From the NCBI GenBank assembly GCA_964016885.1, contig OZ024741.1:69006001-69070000 (forward strand): DNA of 64,000 nucleotides, in the 5' to 3' direction. The position numbers and the translations under genes are program-made. The stretch is from Eledone cirrhosa (taxonomy: Eukaryota). Within the stretch, counting starts at the first letter, position 1; each line of letters starts with the position of its first letter. The notes below the pieces were generated by a model. It did not search any database. It was not told where the DNA came from and saw nothing but the letters and a program-made list of their open reading frames with translations. Shown one piece after another: positions 1 to 11,373 of the stretch.

Positions 1-319
1 GAGCAAGGAAGGAATTTCGCACAGGTCTAACGGGAGGAAGAAGGGGTCTGGTCTGCGAATTCGGTAAACATAAGTTCTGTGAAGTCGCAGACGAGAGAGA
101 GAGAGAGAAAAAAAATTCATACCGGCTTGGCCAAGTGCCCGCGAGAAAAGGATTATGGACAGGTCAAACGGGAAGAAAGGGGTGGAGGAGAGGTAGTGAC
201 AGAGAGTGAGTAGTGAAAGGTGAGGAAGAGGCTAACAGAGAGAGAGACTGCTAGAAAGGGTAAAGACACAAAGAACGAAACAGACGGTGGCAGCGGAGGA
301 AAAAATATATGTGTAAATA

Positions 320-380
<61 letters not shown>

Positions 381-446
381 CATATATACATACATAAATA
401 TATATATATACATACAGAAATATAAATATACATGCATAATATATAT

Positions 447-782
447 CTGATGGTATCCAATGATGTTGACTTATTCTTCTTTTTGGTAAATATCATCTTG
501 GTTAAGAGAGTGGGACTGGCTTTGTGCAGTGCCTTTGCTCACTATAAAAGCTTCACGGCACAGGCATTGCTTTATATCTGGAGATCTCTCTGCACTTGTC
601 GTCACATGGTACCATGGGCCCAGCACTATGTGTCAATAATTGTCACAAGTGTAGTGTTTGTACCAGAGTTTTCAAGTCGCTGGCTGGACTAAAAAGTAAC
701 ACTCGTTCAGCGCATCGGTAGGGGTTCTCCTACATGGATATAAAGTAGTGGCCGTACTGGAAAACAAGTTGGCAGCCACCAT
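447..782 (+). mobile_element. 5'-truncated copy of ~600-bp non-autonomous RTE-derived element (family A)
   Basis: Near-identical to 41215-41551 and to reverse copies at 22592, 32630 and 46011. Ends GGCCGTACT..AAAC.AGTTGGCAGCCACC followed by a TA/TATG tail. Confidence 0.85.
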
Positions 783-954
783 ATATATATGTATGCATGT
801 GAATATGTAGAGGAGTGCATTTATGTATGTGTATGTATGTACGTTATGTATGTTTGTGTGAATGTATGTATGTATATGTGTGTGTGTATGGCTATGTTTG
901 TGTATGTGTATGCTTGTACACACACATGTGTATGTGTATGTATGTGTATGTGTG

Positions 955-1044
<90 letters not shown>

Positions 1045-1210
1045 ATGAATGTATGTATGTGTATATGTGTATATATGTGTATGTGTATGTAAGCCTACGT
1101 TATATATATATATGTGTAAATGTATATATGTATGCGTACATATATATATGTATATATGTATGTGTGTGTAAGTATGCTTTTGTGTTTTTGTGTGTGTGTT
1201 TGCATGTGTA
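783..1210. repeat. TA/TG/TATG compound microsatellite
   Basis: Seen directly in the sequence. Confidence 0.95.
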
Positions 1211-1497
1211 GTTTTATTTTATTTTTCCTTGCCTTCTCCCTTCTCCAGCCTCACTTTCATATAAATTGCATTTTTGTTTTTTAAAATCCAAATTCAATAA
1301 ACAAACCAGGATTTTTTCATTCTGAGGATTGAAAGCAAAACCTTTTGCTTTTAAGAAACCACTGGTAAATGGAATAATTGCCTTATGTTGTTTATTACAT
1401 AATAATAATAATTAAGCTCTGTTGCCTACATAGAGCACTCTTTTTTCCTGGACTTTTCCGATGGAATTACTTCATTCATACATATATATATATATAT

Positions 1498-1703
1498 AAT
1501 GTAATCTGAGTTTTTCGAATATTTATAATAACATTCGATTCGTTTGCAATTATGCAGACAAGCCTCAATTTTATAGCCATGTCAACACAAGAGCAAGAAT
1601 GAAGTGTTCATTCTACTGACAAGGCTATAAAATTGAGGCTTGTTTGCATAATTGCAAACGAATCGAATGTTATTATTAATATTCGAAAAACTCAGATTTC
1701 ATT
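1498..1703. repeat. Fold-back inverted repeat (~80-bp arms) next to (TA)n
   Basis: AATGTAATCTGAGTTTTTCGAAT...TTTTATAGCC is the reverse complement of GGCTATAAAA...ATTCGAAAAACTCAGATTTCATT, with a ~43-bp spacer. Confidence 0.9.
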
Positions 1704-1734
1704 TATTGTATTCAGCCATGGAGAGCGAAATGTT

Positions 1735-1817
<83 letters not shown>

Positions 1818-2029
1818 CGTTTCTGAATTTGTTTAGCAAGATTCTTTATCTGAAATCGTGTGTTGAAACCGATATTGTTATACTTTGGGAGGGTCATGTT
1901 GCCAATAAGAAACACACGCACCAGTTGCTTTCACTTCAATTTATTATATATTTATAAATTTACAAATCTACAAACTTATAAATTTCTGGTTGGTTGGTTG
2001 GTTCCACAACCAGATAGTTGTTTATATAT

Positions 2030-2074
2030 AGTCATAGTCCTTTCGTCACACACTCTGTGACCTCTTCAGTGACT
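2030..2074 (-). ncRNA. Type I hammerhead ribozyme motif (left arm of the palindrome)
   Basis: Reverse complement of the 2250-2294 motif. Confidence 0.65.
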
Positions 2075-2249
2075 GGGGATTCCTTTCTTTGTTTCTGTGC
2101 CTTTCCTTTCTTCTATCCTACGCCATTTTGTTTCTGTGTGTGAAACAAAATGGCGTAGGATAGAAGAAACAAAATGGCGTAGGATAGAAGAAACAAAATG
2201 GCGTAGGATAGAAGAAAGGAAAGGCACAGAAACAAAGAAAGGAATCCCC

Positions 2250-2294
2250 AGTCACTGAAGAGGTCACAGAGTGTGTGACGAAAGGACTATGACT
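2250..2294 (+). ncRNA. Type I hammerhead ribozyme motif
   Basis: AGTCA-CTGAAGA-G-GTCACA-GAGTG-TGTGAC-GAAA-GGAC-TA-TGACT. Stem I is AGTCA/TGACT, stem II is GTCACA/TGTGAC, stem III is minimal and the cleavage triplet is CUA. Confidence 0.7.
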
Positions 2295-2444
2295 ATATAT
2301 AAACAACTATCTGGTTGTGGAACCAACCAACCAACCAGAAATTTATAAGTTTGTAGATTTGTAAATTTATAAATATATAATAAATTGAAGTGAAAGCAAC
2401 TGGTGCGTGTGTTTCTTATTGGCAACATGACCCTCTCAAAGTAT

Positions 2445-2498
<54 letters not shown>

Positions 2499-2584
2499 AG
2501 AGAGGGGGTGAGAGAGATTGAGTTGTAACATCCCATTCGGGATTTTACATATCTTTATGCCCTTTCTGCATCTCCTCATGTCCC

Positions 2585-3000
2585 ACTAGGACTAAAAATT
2601 ACAGTGTCTACTAACCTCACTAGTGTCAACTTCTAAAACCAAGTACACAAACACGGAAATCTTTTCATAAGCCTAGCGTGAACCTTAGATATATACACAA
2701 AAACTCATGTTGCCAAATCTCCTAAAGTCTTTAAGAATTTAGTTAAGAACAGAACAAGCAAGCGCATAACCAACCTCACATCCGACAAAACTATCTTTGG
2801 CGGTGCAACTATAACACAGCCTTACGCGACAGCGGCTTCTCAGAGAAAATGTCCTACTCTCCAGACCCTCACACGAAAACGAAGAGGAAAATACCAAGAC
2901 ACAAATCCATTATCTGGTTTTCCGACCTTTCGCCTTTAACGTTAAAAATAATGCATGTTAAAACATTTTTACCACTTATAGACATACATTTCCACCAGAT
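2585..3000 (+). pseudogene. Degenerate Penelope-like element RT C-terminal/thumb fragment
   Basis: Frameshifted translation LGLKITVSTNLTSVNF..FHKP..LRYIHKNS..KRITNLTS..YNTALRDSGF..IIWF..FLPLIDIHF resembles the PLE RT motifs GLKIT..VNFLD..KP..YV..SNHP..AL..SG..IWFNPPF..LID.HF. Confidence 0.65.
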
Positions 3001-3094
3001 TTTTAACCGTCGCGGAGTCGTATAGGTGCCATCCTGCACACTTGACCTCATCCCCAGAGAAAGAGAGAGAGAGTAAGTGACAAAGGGGTACGGA

Positions 3095-3240
3095 GAAAGA
3101 ATCGGCACCAGTGATAGACTGATATTTTTTTATAGACCATAAAAGATAAAAGACAAAGTGGACCTCGGCTGGATCTGAACTCAGCGAGAGCAAAGAGCAG
3201 GAACACTACACTACAATGCAATCTATCCGTCGTTCTAACG
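3095..3240 (-). mobile_element. Degenerate SINE
   Basis: Similar to 42665-42815 and to the reverse of the GAGTTCAAATCC-type SINE. Confidence 0.5.
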
Positions 3241-3309
3241 ACTTCACTCTTTCGCAACGCACTCACACTCACATCCATATGTATTTGTATATATGTATAT
3301 ATGTATATA

Positions 3310-5262
3310 ACTGCATAGATCAAATATCAATAGAAAAAAAGCGCAATAAATCATCCAACCATCTCAAGCAGGTGACAAAAATACAGTGCTTGAATTTGAA
3401 CAGCACATAGCAACCAACCCTGACAGTAAGGTGTTCTGAAAATATGTACATTCAAAGCAGTTGGTCCTCTTCCCAATCCCCACACAAGCCAGATTACTGA
3501 CGATCCCAAAGAATGCACAGAACTCATTGTTGAATGCTATGCAGGCATTTTTACTGTTGAAAACCAAAATGTACCATCTCCACCACTTCTGACATCAAAT
3601 TATCTAACAACTATTGAATTTACACCTGCAATGCTGCGACGTTACCTTAAGAATATGCGCAACTATGCCTCTCCTGGTCTTGATGGTGTTACGTACCTGC
3701 TTCTCAGACGTGGTGGGTACTTTCTTCTGCACCAGCTTTCACTCTTCTTTCAATTCTGTCTTAACAACGGTGCTTCACCAGAACAGTGGAAAACTGCCAG
3801 TGTCATTCCTCTGTTCAAAATTAGTGACCGCACGTCACCTGTCAACTATCGTCCAATCAGTCTTACTAGTTGCATTGCTGAACTGATGGAATTCTGTGTC
3901 AGAGAAACACTCTGGAACTTCTGGAATTCTCACAGCCTTATCCGGCCCTCGCAGTTTGGATTTATCCCTAACTCCAGCTGCTGTGATCAACTTATCGAGT
4001 TTCTTGAAGACATTACCCGGATCACTGATGGCGGCTCATGGGTGGATGTTGTTTGCCTTGTCTTTGCTAAAGCTTTTAATTCTGTGTCACACAAAAGAAA
4101 AAGAGGCAAAACTCTCTGCAATGGGTGTGAAAGATAATCTGTTTAACTGGTTGAAGTCCTTCATTCTCAGTCGAAAAGCGGTAGTTACGGTTCTAGGACA
4201 GCATTCTTCACTGTATGAGATGTCATCTGGTGTACCACAGGGATCTGTCCTTGGTCCCCTTTTGTTTGTTGCATATATTAATGACATAGATGCCAACTTA
4301 AAGAATTCCACAGTGCTGAAATATGCAGATGACATCAAGCTGTACCTTGAGATAAAAAGGACAGATCCTGAATTCTATAGATCTTTCCTGCAATTATACC
4401 TGAACACAATGCAGCAATGGATCACGGACTGGCAACTCAGGTTGGCTGTGGACAAGTGTACCACCATGCATTTTGGGAGGAAAAACCCAGCGTCCATATA
4501 CTCCCTCCACAACACTAATATCAAGAAGTCTCCTTGTGAATGTGACCTGGGCATTACTGTCAGCAGCGATTTGTGTTGGACAAAGCACATCTCTAAAATT
4601 GTTAAGAAGGCCGAGGGTGTCTTGGCATCACTCAGCAAGACCTTTGTCAGCCGCTCTCCAGCTATCTATTTAAAGCTGTATATAGCTATGGTGTGGCCAC
4701 ACTTAGAATTTGCATCACCAGTCTGGAACGCCTATCTTGCTCAGAACATTGACCTCCTGGAAACTGTTCAGAGACCTGCAACCAAGCGAATACACTCCAT
4801 CAGGCATCTATCATATTCTGAAAGCCTTGCTTTCCTGGACATGGATACATTGAAGCTCCGACATCTGGTAACTGACTTCGTAAACACCCACAAGATTGTT
4901 AACCATCTTGCCAACAACAACTCTGAGCACCTTGTTTGAATTACATACGTCTAACACCCGTGAGCATGCCTTCAAAGTCAGAAAACAGCACAGCTCTCAT
5001 GACTTTCGGAAACATTTTTCACGCTCAGAGTTGCTGAAGCATGGAACAAACTACCTGCATCAGTTGTTAGCTGTCGGGACATTGCATCCTTCAAAACCTC
5101 CATGCTTCCTGAAATTCGCCAACACTACACCTGATATTCCCCCTCCATACACACGAACGCATGTATATCATGACTAATACACTGTTCACTTTCCTGACAT
5201 TTGTACATTATTCTATGTACTATACATGTACCTTTGGTGAGTTGTAGTGCACCTGAGCACTG
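3310..5262 (+). mobile_element. 5'-truncated, frameshifted CR1/Jockey-group LINE (RT plus 3' UTR)
   Basis: ORFs 3631-4137 and 3896-4939 contain SPGLDG, NYRPISLTS, QFGF, F.KAF, GVPQGSVLGPLLF, YADD, DLGI and PHLEFASPVW. Confidence 0.9.
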
Positions 5263-5681
5263 TTTCACCTGGAAAGGAAGGTGAGGGTGGAGAGAGAAGT
5301 CCCCCCCCCCCCAGTACATTTGCTAAAAGGTGGATGAATGTGGCGAGAATGGCCCGTGTGAATGGGCCTACTCTGACCATGCGCCTATAGGCTAGCTAAC
5401 TTGAGGAGAGGGGTGCTCTCCCTGGGTGCCCTAGACGCGCATGGTGGTTCAGGATTGGTGGGGTACCCGAGTCACCCCAGGGTCGTCCACCCCCTATCGG
5501 GGAATTTATTTTGTTATATTTATGCATAGTTTATTTTATATTTTTTATAGCTTCATTGTTAAATTAGTCTTGCCATTGTGCACTTTTACTCGACCTTATC
5601 GTAAACCCCCACAGTCCCTGTCTTTGTATTGTCCCCCCCATGTCGTCCCTTGTGGCTAATAAATGAAATCATTATTATTAT
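5263..5681 (+). mobile_element. 3' stub of Tx1-like LINE (element-1 subfamily)
   Basis: Matches 11248-11651: end of ORF2 (..RMARV.GPTL.MRL*), 3' UTR, AATAAA and an ATT tail. Confidence 0.9.
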
Positions 5682-5689
5682 TTCATTTC

Positions 5690-5796
5690 AACCTCTGTTT
5701 TTTTACACGCAGAAATGCCCATTTGTACCGTCCTGTATTGTCCTGTACTGTCCTTAATGTCTACTTTATGTGAACCCTTGTGGTTAATAAAGAAAA

Positions 5797-5830
<34 letters not shown>
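5690..5830 (+). mobile_element. 3' stub of Tx1-like LINE (element-2 subfamily) with (ATT)n tail
   Basis: Matches 17570-17732 (CACGCAGAAATGCCCATTTGTACCGTCC...AATAAAGAAA-ATTn). Confidence 0.9.
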
Positions 5831-6043
5831 GACGAAAGTGGATGTACGTTTTTTGAAGCTCCGTGAGTAAGCAATCTTTTGAGGATTAATTGTAGAGAAT
5901 TGTTTATTTTTTGTACCGCTGAAGCATTATAAGACATTAATTTGTATCCCGTGAAGGAATAACTCATAATATTTGGGCCTTTTGGCCCAAATATTTGAAC
6001 TTTATTTTGAAAAAAAAATAATAATTTTTTTTCTCAAAAAAAC

Positions 6044-7954
6044 ATGGCGGAGCCACGCCCCCTAGAGGCGGGTCTGCTGTCGTGCAACGGCGACTTGAGC
6101 GTTGAGAGGAGAGGTGAGGCGAGGAGCGCCACCAGCACGAATGTGAGCAGCGACAGTGCCAGCACCAACGGGCCGAGCGGCGTGGAAGGTGGTAACAGCG
6201 ACAACACCAACACCAACAAGCCGAACAGCGCAGAAGGTGGTAATAGCGAGAGCACCAACAAAACGAACAGCACAGAGAGTAATAGTAGCGACAGCAACAG
6301 CACCAACAAGGCCAACAGCACAGAGGGTAACCACGACACAGGGGAGAACAACAACAGCAATAGCAGCAGCAACACCAACAAGAACAACAACAGTGACAAC
6401 ACCAACAAGAACACCTTCGCTGCTGTGGCAGCGGCTAAAAGGAGACCATGCTACAGCATCGACTTAACCAACAGAGAGGAAAAGTTGGCCCAGGCCTGGA
6501 AAATCATAAATCAAGAGCAGACCTGGGCAAACTTAACTGTCCCGGCAGAAGCCATTGAGGCAGTGGAAAAAAGAACGGTGCATTTCAGATGCATCTCAGT
6601 AGAGACAAAGAGGGCAGCGATAATCGCCCAAGCTGACATAGAAGCCGCACTGAAATACATCAGAGAGGACACAGACTTCATAGAGAGGGGCAGGCAATAC
6701 GGCACCGTTTCGGTGCTGTTCAAGTCTGAAGCCCTCGCTGTGAAGCATTCAATGACCCCTTGCAAAACCAGCAAGGTCATAATGTACCCCTCCCACATGG
6801 GAAAACGAATAGCACGTGTGCGCATTCCCAGGATTCCACCAGGACTTGATATGTGGTGGCTCCTGGGTTGCGTAATCGTGGAAGGAACGGATACAGTCCC
6901 GGTAGAGGCAACGAGAACTGCCAGGGACGACTGGTCCGGGGTTGATCTGGAGATACTGCTCCAAATCAGACCCGAAAACGTAAAAGCAATCCCGGACCAC
7001 ATCCGCCTCCAAAACGGGAGGGTGTTGCATATAATGACTGAGGGCAAAAGGCCGCATTGTTTCCTTTGTGGGGAAACGACACACTTGCGAGTCTTCTGCC
7101 CTCAACTGCCGAAAAGCGCAAGGGGTCGAAAGATTCCACTGCTGGCGACGCCGGGACAAGGACCACCAGCAACACCGTCAACAATGGAACCACCAAAATT
7201 GCACACCCAGGGGGGAAACGAGGAAAGCTCTCCCATTCCCCCTCCCCCCCAAAATACACACACGAACAAGAACATAAACACTCACTCAGACACAAACACG
7301 CTCACAGCCACAGACCCCTCATCCTCCAGCAGTGAAGATGAGGGAAAACCAAAGTCCCCCAAAATACAAAAAACAAAACACAAAAAAAAACGAAATCCAC
7401 AAAGCACAAACACCCCCACAAAAAAAAATACACACACCACCCACACAAACATTTTCCCCACAGCATCACCAACACAACCACCAAAATCCCCCAAACGCAA
7501 ACAAGCTAAACAGACACAAGAACAAATAGACACACAAACATCAGAAACTACAGACACCCCACCCACAACAAACGCAGACACAATAGAAACAACACTAACA
7601 AAGCTATCACCACCACAATCACACGAACAAATAAAACCCGAGCAACAAAACATTAAAAACTTCGTGCTTGCCAGAAGGGCCAACAAGGAATTGATGGCCC
7701 ATGTAGCACGAAGCACAAACATCGAAAAAGACGGGGAAACATTTGAAGCGAGCACATTTCGCGTACCAGATAATTTGCTTCTGATGCGAATGTCGCTCGC
7801 TTCATACAAAGAAATTCGAAAGAGCTTTCCTCGGGATGTGGGAACCCCGAACGTAAAACCCACGTCAAGACTATTAAAGGGGTTCCCAAAAGAAACCCCA
7901 CAAACCATGGAGGTCGAACCACCCGACCTTCACAAGACCCCGGAAGGTAAGTAA
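6044..7954 (+). CDS. ORF1 gag-like nucleic-acid-binding protein (636 aa)
   Basis: N/S-rich N-terminus, CCHC knuckle CFLCGETTHLRVFC and a P/T-rich tail, lying upstream of ORF2. Confidence 0.85.
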   Translation: MAEPRPLEAGLLSCNGDLSVERRGEARSATSTNVSSDSASTNGPSGVEGGNSDNTNTNKPNSAEGGNSESTNKTNSTESNSSDSNSTNKANSTEGNHDTGENNNSNSSSNTNKNNNSDNTNKNTFAAVAAAKRRPCYSIDLTNREEKLAQAWKIINQEQTWANLTVPAEAIEAVEKRTVHFRCISVETKRAAIIAQADIEAALKYIREDTDFIERGRQYGTVSVLFKSEALAVKHSMTPCKTSKVIMYPSHMGKRIARVRIPRIPPGLDMWWLLGCVIVEGTDTVPVEATRTARDDWSGVDLEILLQIRPENVKAIPDHIRLQNGRVLHIMTEGKRPHCFLCGETTHLRVFCPQLPKSARGRKIPLLATPGQGPPATPSTMEPPKLHTQGGNEESSPIPPPPQNTHTNKNINTHSDTNTLTATDPSSSSSEDEGKPKSPKIQKTKHKKKRNPQSTNTPTKKNTHTTHTNIFPTASPTQPPKSPKRKQAKQTQEQIDTQTSETTDTPPTTNADTIETTLTKLSPPQSHEQIKPEQQNIKNFVLARRANKELMAHVARSTNIEKDGETFEASTFRVPDNLLLMRMSLASYKEIRKSFPRDVGTPNVKPTSRLLKGFPKETPQTMEVEPPDLHKTPEGK

Positions 7955-7983
7955 ACCTTTCCTCTCCCATTCATCCTGCCAGC

Positions 7984-10900
7984 ATGGCCATAAGAGTAGG
8001 AAGTTTAAATGTTCGTGGCCTGGGGTCGCCCTGGAAGCAAGGTCACTTGCTCAACGACCTCAGGTCACTAGGAATGGATGTAATTGCCATCAGCGAGACC
8101 AGAATTTCCGACACACGCGCACTGGCGCCGATTTTCGACGATTATCAGATCTTTGCATCTGTTAGTCGGCCGGGAATGGGAGGTGGAGTGGCTGTGCTGT
8201 TTAGGAAATGTCTGGATCTCGAGGTAAGGTCAATCTTCCGGGATCCTGACGGAAAGTTGGTGGTCCTGGACGTGAGCAATAGCGAAGGTGGTGCCTTTAG
8301 ACTGGTGGCCGTCTACGCCCCTACTGGGGCCGGTCGGCCGGACTTCTTTAGGCGCCTGGAAAACTTTCTGCTTACGTCTCGCCCTTTACTGTTAATAGGG
8401 GATTGGAATGGCATCTTAGAAGCACGCTGGGATTGTGTGGGAGTATCTGATAGGAGCGGGGGGTGCAAAAGCCTCAAGTACCTGATCAGCCAGTTTCAAC
8501 TGTCTGACAGGTACCGACTAGATTTCCCTAATGCGCCAGTATGGACCTGGACCAATCGCATAGGGTCATCTAGATCGTACATAGATAGGATTTTCATTAG
8601 GAAAAGAGATAGAAATAGTGTAGGATGTCCACATTTTAAAACGGTTGCCTATTCAGATCACAAGCTTGTGATCTGTATGGTCGACCTAGATAAGACACGT
8701 AGGTTAGGACCTAGCTACTGGAAGCTAAACATGTCGTTTCCGGCACGTAAAGCTTACAGGGACCGGGTCAACAACTTAGTTAAGCAAAAGTTGACAGGGG
8801 GGGTTGTCAACAACAGGTGGTGGGGGGCACTCAAAAGAGAGATTAGAGCAACCTCGATAGGATTTAGCAAAGAAGTAGCAATAGAGAAAAATAGAAAGGA
8901 GGAGGGGCTGATAGCTAAGTTAGACGTGCTAGCGGCGAGAATGGCACTAGACCATTTCTTCAATGCGAAACACGAAGGTTGCATTGTCAGAGCTAAGGCG
9001 CGTGCTCTGAGGAACGAGGGAACCAAAGCTGCCCGATGGGCTCGCTTTGCAGAGACGCAGCGTGGAAATAAAACCACAATTCGGTCTTTGACGGATCGAG
9101 ATGGACACGAACTGAGCGATTCCAAGCAGATGTGTGAGGCCTTTCGCCAGCACTTTGCTCGATTGTTCGGGAGGATGGGTGAGTCGGAGACGGCGGCGGA
9201 CTTCAGTCCCTACCTCGACGGCTTGCCACGCCTCTCGACGGCCGACGCTGAGCGCTGCGAAGAGCCGATAACATCAGCCGAAATTCAGGACGCTCTTGTC
9301 GGCTGCTCGAGTCGCAAGTCACCCGGTTTGGATGGTCTGCCCTACGAGCTTTACGTAAATATGCCAGACTTGTTCTCCGATCTCCTCGAAGCGCTCTACT
9401 GCAACTGGCAGCAGAACGGGAGCATTCCCAGTTCTGTGAGCCGTGGCGTAGTGACGCTGATAAGGAAAGACGAGAACAAGAGGGACACACTAGATAATTT
9501 CAGGCCCATAACCCTGCTCAACACAGAGTTTAAGATTTTGGCCAAGGTGTTAGCGAAAAGGTTGGCGCTTGTCGTCAAAGATTTGGTTGGGGAGGCGCAA
9601 ACTTGCGCAATCCCGACCAGGTCCATACACGACAACCTCCACCTCATGCGATACATCATAGAGAGGGTTGGGTGCAAACCTGGCTTCGGTGGGGCTCTGA
9701 TCAATTTAGATCAATCGAAAGCATTCGATAGGGTCGACCATCGGTACTTGGAGGCTGTCCTCGAGGCGGCTGGCTTCGGCCCCGTCTTCAGAAGCTGGAT
9801 CGCTGCAATGTACAGCGGCATCCGCTCGGTGGTCAAAGTTAATGGCCACCTCTCGGAACCGTTTCAGATCTCTCGATCGGTCCGTCAAGGGTGCCCTCTC
9901 TCCTCACTTCTGTACGTATTGACTCTTGAGCCTCTACTGCGGAAGCTGGAGTTGTTGCAGGGCATCCCGCTCGAACCGGGACGTAGAAAGGCTGCGTCCG
10001 CTTATGCGGACGACATCACCGTGATGGTGTCGGACACCTCGGAAATCGAGGTGATCCGCACCCATTTGGAGGAATATGAAAGGTTGACGGGAGCAAAACT
10101 TAACCCGGAAAAGTCGGTGGGCTTGCAGCTCGGCACCTGGAGAGGCAAGTCCATGCCGTCCAACAGCGTCGTTGGGCGCTGGACAGACGGACCGGTAAAG
10201 TTGCTCGGGGTTTGGTTCGGACCAGACCTCCAGGTGGATAAGAATTGGGACGAGGTGACGAGCAGGATAGCCAACCTCACCCAGAAATGGGCTGAGAGAA
10301 AGCTATCACTGAAAGGGCGGGCGGAGGTGGCGAACGCGTACATCGCGTCCGTCATCTACTACCGCCTGACCGTCGTGCCTTGCCCCCGTCCACGCCTCGC
10401 CAATTTGGAACGGCTCCTTTTCAAATTTTTGTGGAGGGGACGGGTCCCGTTGGTGAGGCGGTCCATCTGCTGCCAGCACCCTCTTCGTGGAGGGCTGGGC
10501 ATGCCGTGGCTAATGATGCGCAGACATGCGCTGAGGCTGCGACATCTCCAGATATTTTGCCTAAACGGTGAACAGGTGTGGTCGCCGTTTGTTAGACGGG
10601 CCTTTCCGCAGCTCATCTCTTTGACTGAGCTGCAGTCCTGGGTCAAGAAGAGACCGAGACTGGGCGACTGGCATCTGGAATGTTGCCAGGCGCTCACTGC
10701 ACTCTGCAAGGTGGGCAATGCGGTCAGTGGAACTTCCACTCAAGATTTCTATAGAGGATTAGTGGAGGGCAAGTGCGATGACGTACTAGGAGAGGCTCTG
10801 GGCGTCAACGAAGTAGAACTGACCAGTATGTTCCGGAGGACTTTCGAGCCGGGGACGATGGATAACTTCCAGAAATCCCTCGCTTGGCAGTGCTACCGGG

Positions 10901-11373
10901 GGGCGCTGCCGGTTCGGGATAAACTCTACAGGCACGGAAGTGCTGTCAGACGAACCTGCCCGAGATGCGCGCAGAGCGACGAAACCGTTCTGCACGCACT
11001 CGTCCAGTGTCCGTGCATTGCTGACTTGTGGGGTTATGTCGAACAGCTATTGTCGCGTGTAGAACGGATCCGGCTATCGTCCGAGTCCATAGTGAAGATT
11101 GACCCGCCGCCTTCTTTTGGTCAGGAAGGGCAGGCAATTTTCCTCTGCCTGGTGGCAGTAGCGAAAGAGGTTGCATGGTGGACCAGGTTGAAAGGACTGA
11201 AGACAGACACTTTTCTCTTCGGCCAATCCCTCATCAACTTCTTCAAGTTTCACTTGGAAAGGAAGGTGAGGGTGGAGAGAGAAGTGCTGCCCCCCAGTAC
11301 ATTTACTGAAAGGTGGGTGAATGTGGCGAGAATGGCCCGCGTGAGTGGGCCTACTCTGATCATGCGCCTGTAG
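7984..11373 (+). CDS. ORF2 AP-endonuclease/reverse transcriptase (1129 aa), Tx1-like
   Basis: Endonuclease motifs LNVRGL, ISET, VYAP, GDWN and SDH. RT motifs SPGLDG, RPITLLN, LDQSKAFDRV, RQGCPLS and YADD. C-terminal CPRC..H..C zinc motif. Confidence 0.95.
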   Translation: MAIRVGSLNVRGLGSPWKQGHLLNDLRSLGMDVIAISETRISDTRALAPIFDDYQIFASVSRPGMGGGVAVLFRKCLDLEVRSIFRDPDGKLVVLDVSNSEGGAFRLVAVYAPTGAGRPDFFRRLENFLLTSRPLLLIGDWNGILEARWDCVGVSDRSGGCKSLKYLISQFQLSDRYRLDFPNAPVWTWTNRIGSSRSYIDRIFIRKRDRNSVGCPHFKTVAYSDHKLVICMVDLDKTRRLGPSYWKLNMSFPARKAYRDRVNNLVKQKLTGGVVNNRWWGALKREIRATSIGFSKEVAIEKNRKEEGLIAKLDVLAARMALDHFFNAKHEGCIVRAKARALRNEGTKAARWARFAETQRGNKTTIRSLTDRDGHELSDSKQMCEAFRQHFARLFGRMGESETAADFSPYLDGLPRLSTADAERCEEPITSAEIQDALVGCSSRKSPGLDGLPYELYVNMPDLFSDLLEALYCNWQQNGSIPSSVSRGVVTLIRKDENKRDTLDNFRPITLLNTEFKILAKVLAKRLALVVKDLVGEAQTCAIPTRSIHDNLHLMRYIIERVGCKPGFGGALINLDQSKAFDRVDHRYLEAVLEAAGFGPVFRSWIAAMYSGIRSVVKVNGHLSEPFQISRSVRQGCPLSSLLYVLTLEPLLRKLELLQGIPLEPGRRKAASAYADDITVMVSDTSEIEVIRTHLEEYERLTGAKLNPEKSVGLQLGTWRGKSMPSNSVVGRWTDGPVKLLGVWFGPDLQVDKNWDEVTSRIANLTQKWAERKLSLKGRAEVANAYIASVIYYRLTVVPCPRPRLANLERLLFKFLWRGRVPLVRRSICCQHPLRGGLGMPWLMMRRHALRLRHLQIFCLNGEQVWSPFVRRAFPQLISLTELQSWVKKRPRLGDWHLECCQALTALCKVGNAVSGTSTQDFYRGLVEGKCDDVLGEALGVNEVELTSMFRRTFEPGTMDNFQKSLAWQCYRGALPVRDKLYRHGSAVRRTCPRCAQSDETVLHALVQCPCIADLWGYVEQLLSRVERIRLSSESIVKIDPPPSFGQEGQAIFLCLVAVAKEVAWWTRLKGLKTDTFLFGQSLINFFKFHLERKVRVEREVLPPSTFTERWVNVARMARVSGPTLIMRL

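Larger units (their letters stand above)
1872..2452. repeat. Large palindrome (~260-bp arms) with a 3x24-bp duplication at the centre, one arm ending in (TA)n
   Basis: 1872-2134 is the reverse complement of 2190-2452. The unit GAAACAAAATGGCGTAGGATAGAA repeats at 2142, 2166 and 2190. Confidence 0.95.

Noticed and set aside
153-1957. Many short ORFs rich in YI, CV, HT or ER (also at 33759, 35514, 50230, 51182, 52809-54166 and 61461)
   Set aside because: These are translations of dinucleotide and tetranucleotide microsatellites, not genes.
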